Below are positions 14,381-27,026 of a stretch of 64,000 nucleotides of DNA, piece after piece (the stretch's first letter is position 1; each line of letters begins with the position of its first letter). A program made the position numbers and the translations under genes. The DNA comes from Eledone cirrhosa. Its lineage: Eukaryota. The DNA is taken from assembly GCA_964016885.1 (NCBI GenBank), contig OZ024742.1:272738001-272802000 (forward strand), given 5' to 3'. Below the pieces are notes generated by a model that worked only from the letters and a program-made list of their open reading frames with translations, made no database searches and was not told where the DNA came from.

Positions 14381-17300
14381 GGTTCTTTATTGGCCACAAG
14401 GGCTAACATGAAGAACAACTTTGCAGACGGCACAGAACAGTACATGACGATACAAAGTGGGTTTTGGTCGTGTAAATAGCTTATAACAAGATAGAAATCG
14501 GGATAGAAAAAAACATTCAAACAACAAAAATCCCCAAGATGGGGACACCTCCGAAGGTCACTCGTGGTGAAAACCACACAAAAGACCACGGCCGCCCTGA
14601 CCACCAGGGCAAGAGCCCTCCATTCACTTTCCACACTCCTCAGTCTACAGACGCATACTCAGAGCGGGTCCGTTCACTCGGACCAGACTCGCCACTTTCA
14701 CTCACGTTTCAACAAACTTACTAGAAGACAGCAGCTGCCCGTCCAACCTGATTTACCTCTTGAAGTGAAACTTGAAAAAGTTAATCAGAGATTGGCCGGA
14801 GTGGAAAGTGTCCGTCTTCAACTCTTTCAACATTGTCCACCACACAATCTGTTTGGCCACGCCACCAGGAATATGAAAACTGCCAGCCCCTCCTCCTCTT
14901 TAAAGGAGTAAGGCGGGGCTATCTGCACAACGGACTCAGTCGATAATCGGATCCGTCCTACACGCGAATGCACCTGTTCGACATAGCTCCACAAGTCATC
15001 AATCCTCGGGCACTGAATGCGTCCGTGCAGAACGGTTTTGTCGCCCTGTGTACATCTCGGACAGGTTTGGTTGACGGTACTTCCGTGCCTGTAGAACTTA
15101 TATCGAACCGGCAACGCTCCCCGGTAGCCTTAGCGCACGTTTGCGCATCATCGCCACGGCATGCCTAGTCCTACACGCAACGGGTTTAGAGGAAATGGGT
15201 CGTCTGACCATGGGAGCACGTCTCTTCCACAAAAAGAGAAGGCGCTCCTTTTGGGACAGAGTTGGGCGGGGGCAAGGTACGACATTTAGGCGATAGCTGA
15301 TGACGGACGCGATGTACGCATTCGCCACCTCCGCCTGACCTTTCAGAGACAGCCCATTTCTTAGTGAGAGAGGCCAACTTGCTCGTCAGATCGCTCCAGT
15401 TTTTCTCCATCCGGACGTCGGGACCGAACCAGACCCCGAGCAATTTAACCGATCCTTCCGTCCAGCGCCCCCCGTGGCTGTCGGACGACATGGACATGCC
15501 TGCCACTCCAGGTGCCGAGTTCCAAGACCACCGATGTTTCCTCGTTTATCTTTACTCCTATTCCCGCTTCGTATTCCTCGAGAGCGGTACCGAGCATCTG
15601 GACGTGTCTGATCTTAGACATCACAACGGTAACGTCGTCGGAGTAAGCTGACGCGGATCTCACGCATCCTAGTTCGCGTGGGGCCCCCTCATCGCATCCA
15701 ATTTGTGAAGTAACGACTCGAGGGCCAGTACATACAAGAGGGACGAGAGGACGAAAACCTGACAGAACGAGCGCATGATGCTGAAAAGATGCGACAGGTG
15801 ACGATACACCCTCAGAATCCAGCAGATGACGCTGTGAATCGCAGCGATCCAACTCTTAAAAACCGGGCTCGAAGCCGGGCGCCTCGTGGACCGCAGCCAG
15901 GTACCGATGGTCGACCCTATCAAATGCATTAGATTGATCCAAGTTGATCAGGGCTCCGCCCGTACCAGTGTCCTTAACCATCTTCTCTGTGGTGTATCGC
16001 ATGAGATGGCGGTTGCGTGGATTGATCTGTCCGGAATGGCGCATGACTGCGCCTCTCCCACCAGATCACCGACGACAAGCACCAATCTCTTTTCTAACAC
16101 CTTGGCCAAAATCTTAAACTTTGCGATTAGCAGAGTTATGGGCCTGAAGTTATCTATAACGTCCCCCTTGTTCGGGTCTTTTCTCAGCAGCGCCACCGCT
16201 CCCCGGATCACAAAATTGGGAACGCTCCCGTTCTGCTGCCAGTTGCAGTAGACATCTACCAATAGGTCGCCAAACAAGTCTGGCATATACGCATAAAGCT
16301 CGTAGGGGAGACCATCCAAACCTGGCGATTTACATCTCGTACAGTCTGACATCGCTTCCCATAGTCCACCTGCTGTTATCGGCTTTTCGAAGCACTTCGC
16401 TGCAGTCCTTGAGAGCAGCGGCAGTCCGCCGAGGTATGCACCGAAGCGCATACTCCGATCCGCACCGTTGTCGCTTCCGAAAAATTGAGCAAAATGCTGT
16501 TGAAAAGCCGCACACATCTGCTCAGTTTCGAGCAACATGCGCCCGTTTCGATCAGGCAAAGACCGAATTGTAGACTTGTTGCCATCTCGCGCCTCCACCA
16601 CCCTGGCCCATTGAACGGTTTTCGTCCACTCGTGTCTTAGAGCACGCGCTCTAGCTCTGACAACGCAGCCTTCTTACATTACGTTGAAGAATTGGTCGAG
16701 TGTCAATCTCGCCAAGCGCCTCGGTTGCGTTGCATGTCCTAAACGCCTCTTCTAGCTCTCTCACTAACTCTCCCTCTACTCTATTTTCCTCTATCACTAC
16801 TCCTTTGCTAAACCTCATCGATTCTACTCTAATAGCCCTTTTCAGGGTATACCACCACCTGTTTTTGACGATCGCATACGCCAAAGCACGCTTAACTAAT
16901 TCGCTAATCCGGACTCTGTAAGCTTTTCGCGCCGGGAACGAGGCGTTCAGCTTCCAGTAACCGGGCCCTTGCCTATCTAAGTCAACTTCACGGATCGCAA
17001 ATTTGTGGTCCGTGTAGTCCACTACTTTAAATCGTGGTCAACCTACACTAGTCTTATCTGTTTCCCTACAGAATACTCTATGTAAATACGAATTGGATGA
17101 TCCGATGCAGTTTGCCCATTGCAACATTGGCACAGCACTTTCGGATAATCCAGTCTATATCTGTCAGACAGTTCAAAACGTCTGAGCAGGTTGTTGAGGC
17201 TTTTACACCCTCCTGCCATCTTTACTAGCCCCACATAATCCCTACGTGCATCTAAGATACTGTTCTAGTCGCCCACTAACACTAAAGAGCGGGACGTTCC

Positions 17301-19055
17301 AAGGAAGGTCTCTAGACGTCTGAAGAAAACTGGCCGTCCTGCCCCTATTGGGGCGTAGACGGCTACTAGCCTGAAAGCATTGCCTTCGCTGCCGGTCACG
17401 TCCAGCACCACCGTCTTATCTTCAGGGTCCGGGAAGGTGGCCCGTATGGCACCATCCATACCTCTGCGAAATATCACAGAAACGCCGCCCACCGATCCTG
17501 GACTGCTGGGAGATGCGTAAACATCGAAGCTACCGAAGATCGGTGCGAAGGATCGTGCTTCGGAGATTCTGGTCTCGCTGATTGCCACCACATCTAGTTT
17601 AGTGACCTGAGGACGTTGAGCAGGTGGCCCTGCTTTCATGACCACCCCAAGCCACGCGCATTTATGCAGCCTCTTCTGAGTAAGGTCGTGTTGAAAAGGA
17701 TGGGAAAAGGTTGGGAAATACCACTTACCTCACTTCTTGTGGAGGAAGTATGGTTTTTCCGTCCTTTTCACTGTTTGTGGTCTCCTCCGCAAGGATGTCT
17801 TTGTAAATCTTCTTGGAGAGTGTTTGTCGGAATTCTCCGATGTCCTTGGGGAATTTTAATTTTAGTGTCGTGTACGTTTTCTGTGTGATTCGAGTGATTT
17901 GTATGTGTGGGGTTGGTGTGGATGGTTGGGTGTGTTGTATAGTGTTTTTCTGAGATGCTGGTGTCGTGTTGGATGTAGTGTAATAATGAGTTGTTTTTCA
18001 AATTTATTTGTTTCTACTTTTTGGCACAAGGCCAGCAATTATCCAGTGTATTACTGGTACTTTATTTTATCGACCCCGTAAGGATGAAAGGCAAAGTCAA
18101 CCTCGGCGGGATTTGAACTCAGATCGTAAAGGGACGTAACTATGCTGGAAAGCATGGTTTCCGACCCTCTACCGATACTGCCAATCCACCGCCGTTTTTC
18201 AAATTTAATGCTGTGTAGTGTGTATCGTTCTGATTTCTTTGTTTTATTTGCGTTTGTTGTGGGTTTGTTTCTGTTTCCCTTGTTGGTGATGTTAGTGGTG
18301 TTAGTTAGGGTTGTGTTGAGGTAAATGATGGTGATGTAGATTTTCGTTTGCGGTCATGGGGCTGGTGGTGCTGGTGTGGGTGGTGACATAGCTGTCTTAA
18401 CTTTTCTGTTAGTTTATTTTTTTGTTTCGCCCTGCATTTTGTTTTTGGAGGGCGATGGAATTGAATCTTTTATTTTTTGGCTTCTTTTTTTTTCTTTTTT
18501 CCAGATACAGTTTCACACTACTCCTCGTCGTCACAATCTGCCTCCAGTTGCGATAGGTCGGGGAGTGGAAGATCCTCCACAAGCGTTGGTTTTGGTTGCG
18601 GCATGGTGTATGGTGGAAGCACTGGTACTAATTCAGCCTAGGTGGGTTGCGGTTGTGTTTGTTTTGCTACTGTTGCTGCTAAATTTGCTGGGGTTGTTGT
18701 TGCTACAGTCTCTTCACTTGTTGCTGCTACCGTTGTTTCTGCCATTTCTGCTGCTGGATTTGATGGTTGAGTCACTGGTGTGTTTAGGAGACGTGGGCTC
18801 AACATTTTAGCCTGAGGGCAGAAAGCCTTTAGACGGGTTCCTTCGCCACAGACGACGCACCAAGGCCTTCTACACTCAACGATTACGGTGAGGTGGCTGC
18901 CGTCATTGAGATCTACCACCTCTGGAATTTACTGTATTTCTTTTGGTCCGCTTGAATCAGGAGCTCCATCCAAGATCCATACCAGTTCTCCTGCTTTACT
19001 TTTATCACCTCAATTACTTTAGTGTCGGCCTGGTTACCGGCGAGTACGGCAGTCA
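14380..19055 (-). mobile_element. Tx1/L1-clade LINE, decayed, truncated within ORF1 (copy B)
   Basis: 3' UTR homologous to copy A, ending in AATAAAGAACC-(TTA)n. APE (LDVVAISETRI, FRLVAVYAP, LVLVGD), RT (KSPGLDGLPYELY, NFRPITLL, DQSNAFDRVDH, SAYSDDV). ORF1 remnant 17700-19050 (VIVECRRPWCVVCG). Confidence 0.9.
18007..18193 (-). mobile_element. tRNA-derived SINE inserted into Tx1 ORF1, 14-bp TSD
   Basis: gtttttcaaattta at 17993-18006 and 18194-18207. Confidence 0.85.
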
Positions 19056-20940
19056 TTAACTCAGCTGTTAGCCGGATTCGTCCTACATGCGACAGCAGGT
19101 GTTCGACATAAACACACAAGTCAGAAATTTTCGGGCATTGGACATGTGCGTGCAGGACAGTTACGTCACCCTGAGTGCATCTCGGACAGGCTCAGCTGAA
19201 GGCACTTCTATGCCTGTAGAGATTATCCCGAACTAGCAAAGTTCCTCGGTAGCACTGCCAGGCCAGGTATTTCTGGAATTGATCCAGGGGACCCAGCCCG
19301 AAAGTTCTCCCTATAATATTGCCTATTTGATTTTCGTCGACGCCCAGAATCTCCCCAAGGACGTCGTCGCACTTTCCCTCCACTAACCAACTATCGAACG
19401 CCAAGTTATAGTTTCCACCGATCGCATTAACTAATTGGTGGAGGGCTTTAAATGCCTGAAGCCATTCCAGTTCAGAATCACACACTCTCGGTCATCGCTT
19501 GATCCAGGACCTCAGTTCCTTCAAGGAGACGAGCTGGGGAAATACGTGTCTAGCAAAACGCGACGATACCTGATCACCGTCAAGTAAAAGATGCAGATGC
19601 CGTATTCTGAGCGCATGTTTGCGCATTATCAGCCACAGCAGTCCAGCCCTCCAAGTAGCGGGAGTTGACAACAAATGTACCGCCTAACCATCGGAGCGCG
19701 TCGCTTCCACAAAAAAGCGAAAGAGTAAACGCTCCAACGCAGTCAAGTGAGACTTAGGACAAGGCACGACTGTCAGGCGGTAGTAGATGACGGACGTGAG
19801 AGAGGCCACCCTGCTCGTCAGCTCATCCAAGATCTTGTCCGCTGGAGGACCGGACCGAATCAGACCTGGAGCTTGCGTCGAACATCTTTCCAACTCCTGA
19901 AAATGCTGTTGGACGGCGTTGACATGCCTCTCCAGGTGCCAAACTACAGGCCCGCCTACTTTACCTGGTTAATCATTGCTTCTGTCACTCCCTCGTATTC
20001 TCTTAATATAGTGATGATTGCCTCGATGTATTTGACATTCGACACCATTGCGTTGACATCGTAGGCCTATACTAACATGGATCTCCCACATCCTGGTTCA
20101 CGGGGGAATCCAATCGACGTCTGCAATTTGAGCCGTAATGGATCGAGAATCAATACGTACAACAGGGACGAGAGGGGACATCCTCTGCGGACCGAACGCA
20201 TAAAGTTAAACGGTTCCGAAAGGAGACCGGTCACTCTCACCACAGAGCAGATTTCGCTGTGCATGGCCGTGATCCAGCCTCAGAAGACGGGCCCATAGTT
20301 GGGCGCTCTCAGAACCTCGACCTGATAATGATGGACAACGCTATCGAAAGCTTTCGATTCATCTGAATTGATGAGTGCCCCTCCCGTGCTAGGTTAGTTA
20401 GCTACTCTCTATACGATATCGCATGAGTGGGAGGTTGTCTTCGATTAATCCTACTGGAATGGCAAATGTCTGCACCTCTCCCACCAAACCACTGACGTCA
20501 AGAGACAACATCTTTGCTAGCACCTAGTCCAACATCTTGATCTCTGCGTTTCGCAGAGTTATTGGCCTAAAATTATCTATCTTGTCCGACTTGTTCGGGT
20601 TCTTTCTCAGCAGAGCTTCCTCTCTTCGGCTCACAGAGCTGGGAAGTTTCCGCTTCTGCTGCCAGTTTCAGTAGACGTCCGCCAATAACACGTCGATCGA
20701 GTCTGGCATGCATATGTAAAGCTCGTAGAGCTGACCATCCAAACCAGGCGATCTACCCGTATTTTATCGGCTATTATCGGCCTCTCGCAACGTTCCGCCC
20801 GTCGAGGAAGGCGGTAAAGTCCATCCTCTGATCCGACCCACTGCTGTCCCCAAACAGATGAGCGAAGTCCCACTGAAAAGCCGCACATATTTGCTCAGGT
20901 TCGAGTAACATGTGCCCATCGTGATCCTCCAAAACCGGAT
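19056..20940 (-). mobile_element. Tx1 ORF2 internal fragment (copy C), more diverged
   Basis: RT motif RSVRRGCPLSSLLYVL and LAWQCYRGTLLVRDNL; homologous to copies A and B. Confidence 0.85.
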
Positions 20941-20944
20941 CCAA

Positions 20945-20981
<37 letters not shown>

Positions 20982-20988
<7 letters not shown>

Positions 20989-21340
20989 GTCAATTTCTGT
21001 CTGTCTGTGTGTATCCAATTGGCACCTACACCAGTGAACCTGATGAACGTTTTCACACATGGTAAGCTAATATTCAGAAGCAGGTCTCGCTCATTGGATC
21101 TTAATGAAAATCAATAATGAAACCCCTGAAAACATATATACAATTAAGGAAAAAAGAGAAAATGATCAGTGTGAGAGGGGGAAGAGGAGATACTGTTACA
21201 CTATGTTAAATACTTCCTCCCACTACTCACCTTTCTGCCTACCACAACTCAATCCTCCAAAGGAGGCGACAACTTAGTAATATACATCAAGAAATTTCAA
21301 ACAACCTAGACGACAATCTAATTTTGGTTGACGAGTGAAC
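20982..21340 (+). repeat. Interspersed repeat with Helitron-like 5' end (tataaatgtcaatttctgtctgtc); second copy at 34899-35290
   Basis: Colinear similarity between the two copies (cctacaccagtga, aagctaatattcagaa, gtgagagggggaagaggagatact, ctaattttggttga). Confidence 0.6.
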
Positions 21341-21341
21341 A

Positions 21342-21408
<67 letters not shown>

Positions 21409-21409
21409 A

Positions 21410-21440
<31 letters not shown>

Positions 21441-21471
21441 ATTTATATATATATATATATATATGTATATG

Positions 21472-22183
21472 TAGTAGAATAATCGAGTATCGGAAAATCG
21501 GCGCACGAGTTCACGATAAACAAAATTCGATATGAGCGGCAGAGGGCTCAATAATTTAGATAAATCAGAGCTATAACTATCGTTAAAATACCGTCACACA
21601 TAGAACAAGTCTATAATCAACCATACGACCGAAAAATTGCGATCTGGAAGATTCGGGACACTCAGATAAAAAATCAATAAATCAATAAATCAAATGAATG
21701 TAAAAAGCATACCCGGACCCGCTAGAAAGATGGTAAATCTAGCTTCTTGGGTTTCTGTAAATCCTTAAACTGTCCTCTATCAGCTCACATAAAAATATAT
21801 AAGACTTCTAGATGCCAGCGGACGGGAATTTACTTCCTCAACGAGCTTTGTCCAAGCGAATGAAAAGGCATAACCCAGGTTAAATACGCACATGGAATTC
21901 AGCAAGGGAGATAACCTCTATATCCGCGAAAAATATTCGGGAAAATGTGGAAATACACATATCGAATAAGAGTGCTCAATAGACATGTTAAAATAAACAA
22001 GAGCTATTCATCATTCAATAGAATCGACAAAAAATGAAGAATAAAATTAACTGGTCAATAGCTAGGTCTAGAGCTAAATATAGTAGAATAATAGAGTATC
22101 GGAAAATCGGCGCACGAGTTCACGATAAACAAAATTCGATATGAGCGGCAGAGGGCTCAATAATTTAGATAAATCAGAGCTAT
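21472..22183. repeat. Near-perfect direct repeat of about 103 bp flanking about 500 bp
   Basis: tagtagaataat(c/a)gagtatcggaaaatcggcgcacgag...gataaatcagagctat at about 21472-21574 and 22081-22183. Confidence 0.85.
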
Positions 22184-22550
22184 GTATATGTATGTATATA
22201 TATATGAAGTATTTCCGTAGGAACGGTAAAGGAAAGGAGAATGTTCTATGTATACTACAGAGCTATTTAATTATGTAATAAACAACATAAGACAATTATG
22301 CCATTAACCAAAGGGTTCATGAGGACAGCCGAGCTCAACACAGACGTCTAAAATCGCTCATTAGAATGACAAGTTTCAAATGGACGTAAGATATGAATTT
22401 AAAAACAATGGCTAAAAACAATTGAAAGCGAGGCTGATATATAATAAAATAAGATGAGAAATAAAGTAAAATAACGGGAAAAAATACACACTGAAGTAGG
22501 TCGTAAGGTTATGGGTAAAATAATAAATATATATATATATATATATTTAA

Positions 22551-22637
<87 letters not shown>

Positions 22638-22789
22638 TACACATACACACCTACCCACACACATATATAAATACATACGTACATACATACATATACACAT
22701 ATATACATACACATATATACATATATACATACATACACACACACGCACACACTTATATAAATATGTATGTATATATATATATATAAAAA

Positions 22790-23718
22790 TCTCACTTAGA
22801 ATTAGGAATGCAAATGATGCTTTCGGAAAGCTAGAAAGGCGACTCTAGGGTCGGCGAGACATATGCAGGAGGACAAAGGTAAAGGTGTACTGGGCATGTG
22901 TGCTCTCTTGTCTTCTTTATGCCTGCGATGCGTGGGTCACATATCGAAACCACCTTAAGCAATTGGAACGTTTCCATCAGATGTGTCTCAGACGGATCAA
23001 TGGCGTTCACTGGAGGGACCACATCAGTGATGTCGAGATTTTGGAAAGCTCTATGTGTGACAATATAGAAGCTCTTGTGCTTAAGCAACGACTCCGTTGG
23101 AGTGGTCACCTTGCCAGGATGAAGGATTCTAGAATACCAAAACAACTCTTTTATGGAGAGTTGGTTAAAGGAAAACGACCGCCACATAAATCAAAAAAGA
23201 GGTATAAGGATTCCTTGAAACCCTCTCTGAAAGACGCTAACATTTCTGCTGATACATGGGAGTATATTGCTGCTGATCGTAATAAATGGAGAAATACTGT
23301 ATATGAGGGAAAAGTTGCTTTTGAGGCATCTCGAATCGCATACGAGAAAGTAAAACGGGATGTGAGGAGGGGCATTGTTGTTTCACTTCCAGACGGCGAG
23401 GGTCCTCCTATGGTGCTGATATGCAGCGTCTGTGCGAGACTCTGCCTAAGCAAAGCTGAACTCGAAAGTCACCTTCGCAGTCATAAAGTAAGACCTGTGG
23501 TTGACTACCAGGCTGCTGTTGGAGATGCTACTCATCATGCTTGCCAAACATGTGGTAGAGAATGTAAATCAGCAGGAGGGCTCAAGCGACATGCAAAAGT
23601 ACACGAACTCCAACCACAGCCGACTATTCCCAGTAAATGTTTTGGATGCCGACTCTGTGCAAGACATTTTAATACATTGGCTGGGCTAAAAAGCCACATT
23701 CGATCGCAGCGCTGTTAG
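22790..23718 (+). mobile_element. RTE-clade LINE 3' fragment (post-RT region) ending in three C2H2-type zinc fingers
   Basis: RTE motifs LLYACDAW, LERFHQMCLRRI, QRLRWSGHLARM, RIPKQLFYGEL, KRYKDSLK, DRNKWR. Then CSVC..HLRSH, CQTC..HAKVH and CRLC..HIRSQRC. Confidence 0.9.
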
Positions 23719-23882
23719 TTGCTATCGTGTGTGCGTGTGTGTGTATATATATATGTATATGTATATTATTATTGTTGTTGTCGTTATTATTATTGTTGTT
23801 AATATTATTATTATTATTGTTATTAATGTATGTGTGTGTATATGTGTGTGTGAGTATGTGTGTGTGTGTGTATATATGTATG

Positions 23883-23913
<31 letters not shown>

Positions 23914-24008
23914 TTCTTTTTTTAATTTTTATTTTATTTTTATTTATTTATTATTTTATTTTTTTTCTTTCTCCTCGTGCAATGGCCATACTCGATAATG
24001 AGGGGGCA

Positions 24009-24051
<43 letters not shown>

Positions 24052-24057
<6 letters not shown>

Positions 24058-24455
24058 TGACCCCTTAGCCTTTTGTCAAGGCACAATTCAAGAAGGAAAT
24101 GTCTGATATAACACCTGCAACTCTGATGGTATCCAATGATGTTGACTTGTTCTTCTTTTTGGTAAATATCATCTTGGTTAAGAGAGTGGGACTGGCTTTG
24201 TGCAGTGCCTTTGCTCACTATAAAAGCTTCACTGCACAGGCATTGCTTTATATCTGGAGATCTCTCTGCACTTGTCGTCACATGGTACCATGGGCCCAGC
24301 ACTATGTGTCAGTAATTGTCACAAGTGTAGTGTTTATACCAGAGTTTTCTAGACGCTGGCTGGACTAAAAATTCACACTCGTACAGCGCATCGGTAGGGG
24401 TTCTCCTATATGGATATAACGTTGTGACCGTACTCGAAAACGAGTTGGCAGCCAC

Positions 24456-24458
<3 letters not shown>
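24052..24458 (+). repeat. Repeat of about 410 bp, inverted partner of 28643-29050, bounded by (TA)n
   Basis: Near-identical reverse-complement sequence; the same ORF text appears on opposite strands (24099-24368 + and 28733-28975 -). Confidence 0.9.
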
Positions 24459-24486
<28 letters not shown>

Positions 24487-24508
24487 GTGTATAGTTTTAA
24501 TATAGATG

Positions 24509-24559
24509 AGATTCTACAGGACTAGAACTGTTTCATTCTTTAGAAATCATCAGGAATCT
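24509..24559 (-). ncRNA. Type I hammerhead ribozyme (intact core)
   Basis: Minus strand: AGAUUC-CUGAUGA-U UUC uaaa GAA U-GAAA-CAG uucuaguc CUG-UA-GAAUCU. Stem I 6 bp, stem II 3 bp plus U.U, stem III 4 bp, GUA cleavage triplet. Confidence 0.8.
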
Positions 24560-24934
24560 GGGTATCAAAAAATAAATATGGTATTTATAGGCACTCAATA
24601 TTTTGAACTGGTCTATAGAATTCTCTAGGCCTTTGTCACTAAGTAGAACTTTAAAGTACTAGCTTTTAAAGAATTTCCCTTTTCTTTAAAACCATATTAT
24701 AGACACCTGACATATAGGCATTGTTAGATTAAGAGAAACTTAAAAATAAGGAGTGGCACCCCAATCTCAACTTGTTTATAGAATTTTTTCCGCTTTTGTT
24801 ACTCTAAATATAAATTATAGCTTTAAAGAATTAGCTTTTAATGAATTCCCTTTTCTATCAACTAATGACCTCTACCCATCCCACTCCTCCCACCTGAAGA
24901 GACCTATAAATACCATATTTATATTTTGATACCC

Positions 24935-24985
24935 AGATTCCTGATGATTTCTAAAGAATGAAACATTTCTAGTCCTGTAGAATCT
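24935..24985 (+). ncRNA. Type I hammerhead ribozyme (same family, one stem III mismatch)
   Basis: agattc CTGATGA tttctaaagaat GAAA catttctagtcctg TA gaatct. Confidence 0.75.
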
Positions 24986-25072
24986 CATCTATATTAAAAC
25001 GTTTATACTCTGCTATGTATTGAGTACCTTACTTACTGTGGTTACCTCCGATTCAACCCGGAATAAAGTACC

Positions 25073-25107
<35 letters not shown>

Positions 25108-25701
25108 ATGTGTGTCTGATGGTAGCTAAGATGCTTCCATAGGCGGTATGCCGGTTGAGCACTCTATGTTCTTACAGAACAGAGTATTCTATATACATAC
25201 ATTTTATACATATATATATATATTGGCTTAAAATATGGAATGATAGTAAGAAGAAAGCAAGAACGATGGGGGTTGGGAGTCTTCCTCGTCAGTTGACTCC
25301 TGGGGATCTCGGATATTTCTCGGATAGTTATTGTGAAAACGGAGAAGGGAGAGAATGAAAATAAAAGGGAAAAGGGGAAAAGAGAAAACAGCGAAAAAAA
25401 ATAAAAGATCCAGCGTGTATTCGTATTTGTACTTTATTATTTTTTTGTTTCTTTATTTTTTATTTTATATTTTTTCATTTGTTTCGCCTGTCTGGCTAGT
25501 TGGGTACATATGATACATCAAAATACGCTTATGTTTGTATCTATGTTTATGTGCGTGTATGTATGTGTATGTATGCGTGTGTTTGTATATACGTATATGT
25601 GTGTTTATATATATACGTAAGTTATTCCGGGTTGAATCGGAGGTAACCACAGTAAGTAAGGTACTCAATACATAGCAGAGTAAAAGGTTTTAATATAGAT
25701 G

Positions 25702-25752
25702 AGATTCTACAGGACTAGAAATGTTTCATTCTTTAGAAATCATCAGGAATCT
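25702..25752 (-). ncRNA. Type I hammerhead ribozyme (same family)
   Basis: Reverse complement of 24935-24985. Confidence 0.75.
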
Positions 25753-26213
25753 TGTTTCCAAAATAAATGTTGTGGTATTTATATATTTTCAGGTGGTAGG
25801 AGAGGGTGGGGAGTGGGTCATTGGTTTAAAGACAGGGGAATTCATTAAAAGCTATTTCTTTAAGGCTATAATTTATATTTAGAGTGACAAAGGTAGAAAT
25901 AATTCTATAAACAAGTTCAAATTAGGGTGGCACTCCTTATATTTAAGTTTCTCTTAAGCTAACAATGCCTATATTTCAGGTGTCTATAAGATGGTTGGGG
26001 CTCAGTCATGTTTGATGGATTTAAAGAAAAGGGAAATTCTTTAAAAGCTAATTCTTTAAAGCTCTACTTAGAGTGACAAAGGCCAAGAGAATTCTAAAAA
26101 CCAGTTCAAAATATTGGGTGCCTGTCATATCATTATTGTCATGTTTCTCTTAAGGTATATTCCAGGTTTGAACATACACATTCACACACACACACCCACA
26201 CACCCACACACAC

Positions 26214-26281
<68 letters not shown>

Positions 26282-26507
26282 AACATGAGAGAAAGAAGAA
26301 TACTGCGTGGTTTGCACATGGGTTACATATGATAAAAATAGTCCTTCGTCAGTGATTTTCCAACCATCACTGGTATTTCATCGCATTAAAAATCAGACAA
26401 CTCAGGTTTGTGCGAGCAATAACTAAAAAAAGTTATTGGGACCAGTATTCGCGTAAGGCGAGGGGGACAAGTAAACAACATAGAAAGATAAAAGCAAACC
26501 GAAGATG

Positions 26508-26617
<110 letters not shown>

Positions 26618-26778
26618 TATACATACATATAAATACATATATATATATACATACATATACGCATATATATATACATATATATATACATATATATATATAT
26701 ATACATACATATACGCATATATATATATATATACATATATAATATAAGATCAAAAGATGGTTAAAGGAGTTCCATGTA

Positions 26779-26845
26779 TTTTATTATGCGCATTTCAAAA
26801 ACAAACATCATCATGCAATAATATTTGTGTTTTCATCAGATAAAA
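26779..26845 (-). ncRNA. Type I hammerhead ribozyme (mirror copy in the palindrome)
   Basis: Reverse complement of 26960-27026. Confidence 0.8.
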
Positions 26846-26959
26846 CAGGAGAACATGATATGAAGGCTAAAAAACACTTGTGGATAGTGCAGTTTTAAAT
26901 CAACATATCAAACTACACTATCCACAAGTGTTTTTTAGCCTTCATATCATGTTCTCCTG

Positions 26960-27026
26960 TTTTATCTGATGAAAACACAAATATTATTGCATGATGATGT
27001 TTGTTTTTGAAATGCGCATAATAAAA
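26960..27026 (+). ncRNA. Type I hammerhead ribozyme (intact core, long stem II)
   Basis: UUUUAU-CUGAUGA-[aaacacaaauauuauu gcau gaugauguuuguuuuu]-GAAA-UGCGCA-UA-AUAAAA. Stem I 6 bp, palindromic stem III AUGCGCAU, predicted cleavage after 27020. Confidence 0.8.

Larger units (their letters stand above)
24495..26150. mobile_element. Cluster of non-autonomous pLTR-like repeats in inverted arrangements, carrying hammerhead motifs
   Basis: 24495-24591 is inverted against 24903-25000; about 24830-25065 is inverted against 25622-25860; 24600-24840 resembles 25850-26150 in reverse. Confidence 0.7.
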
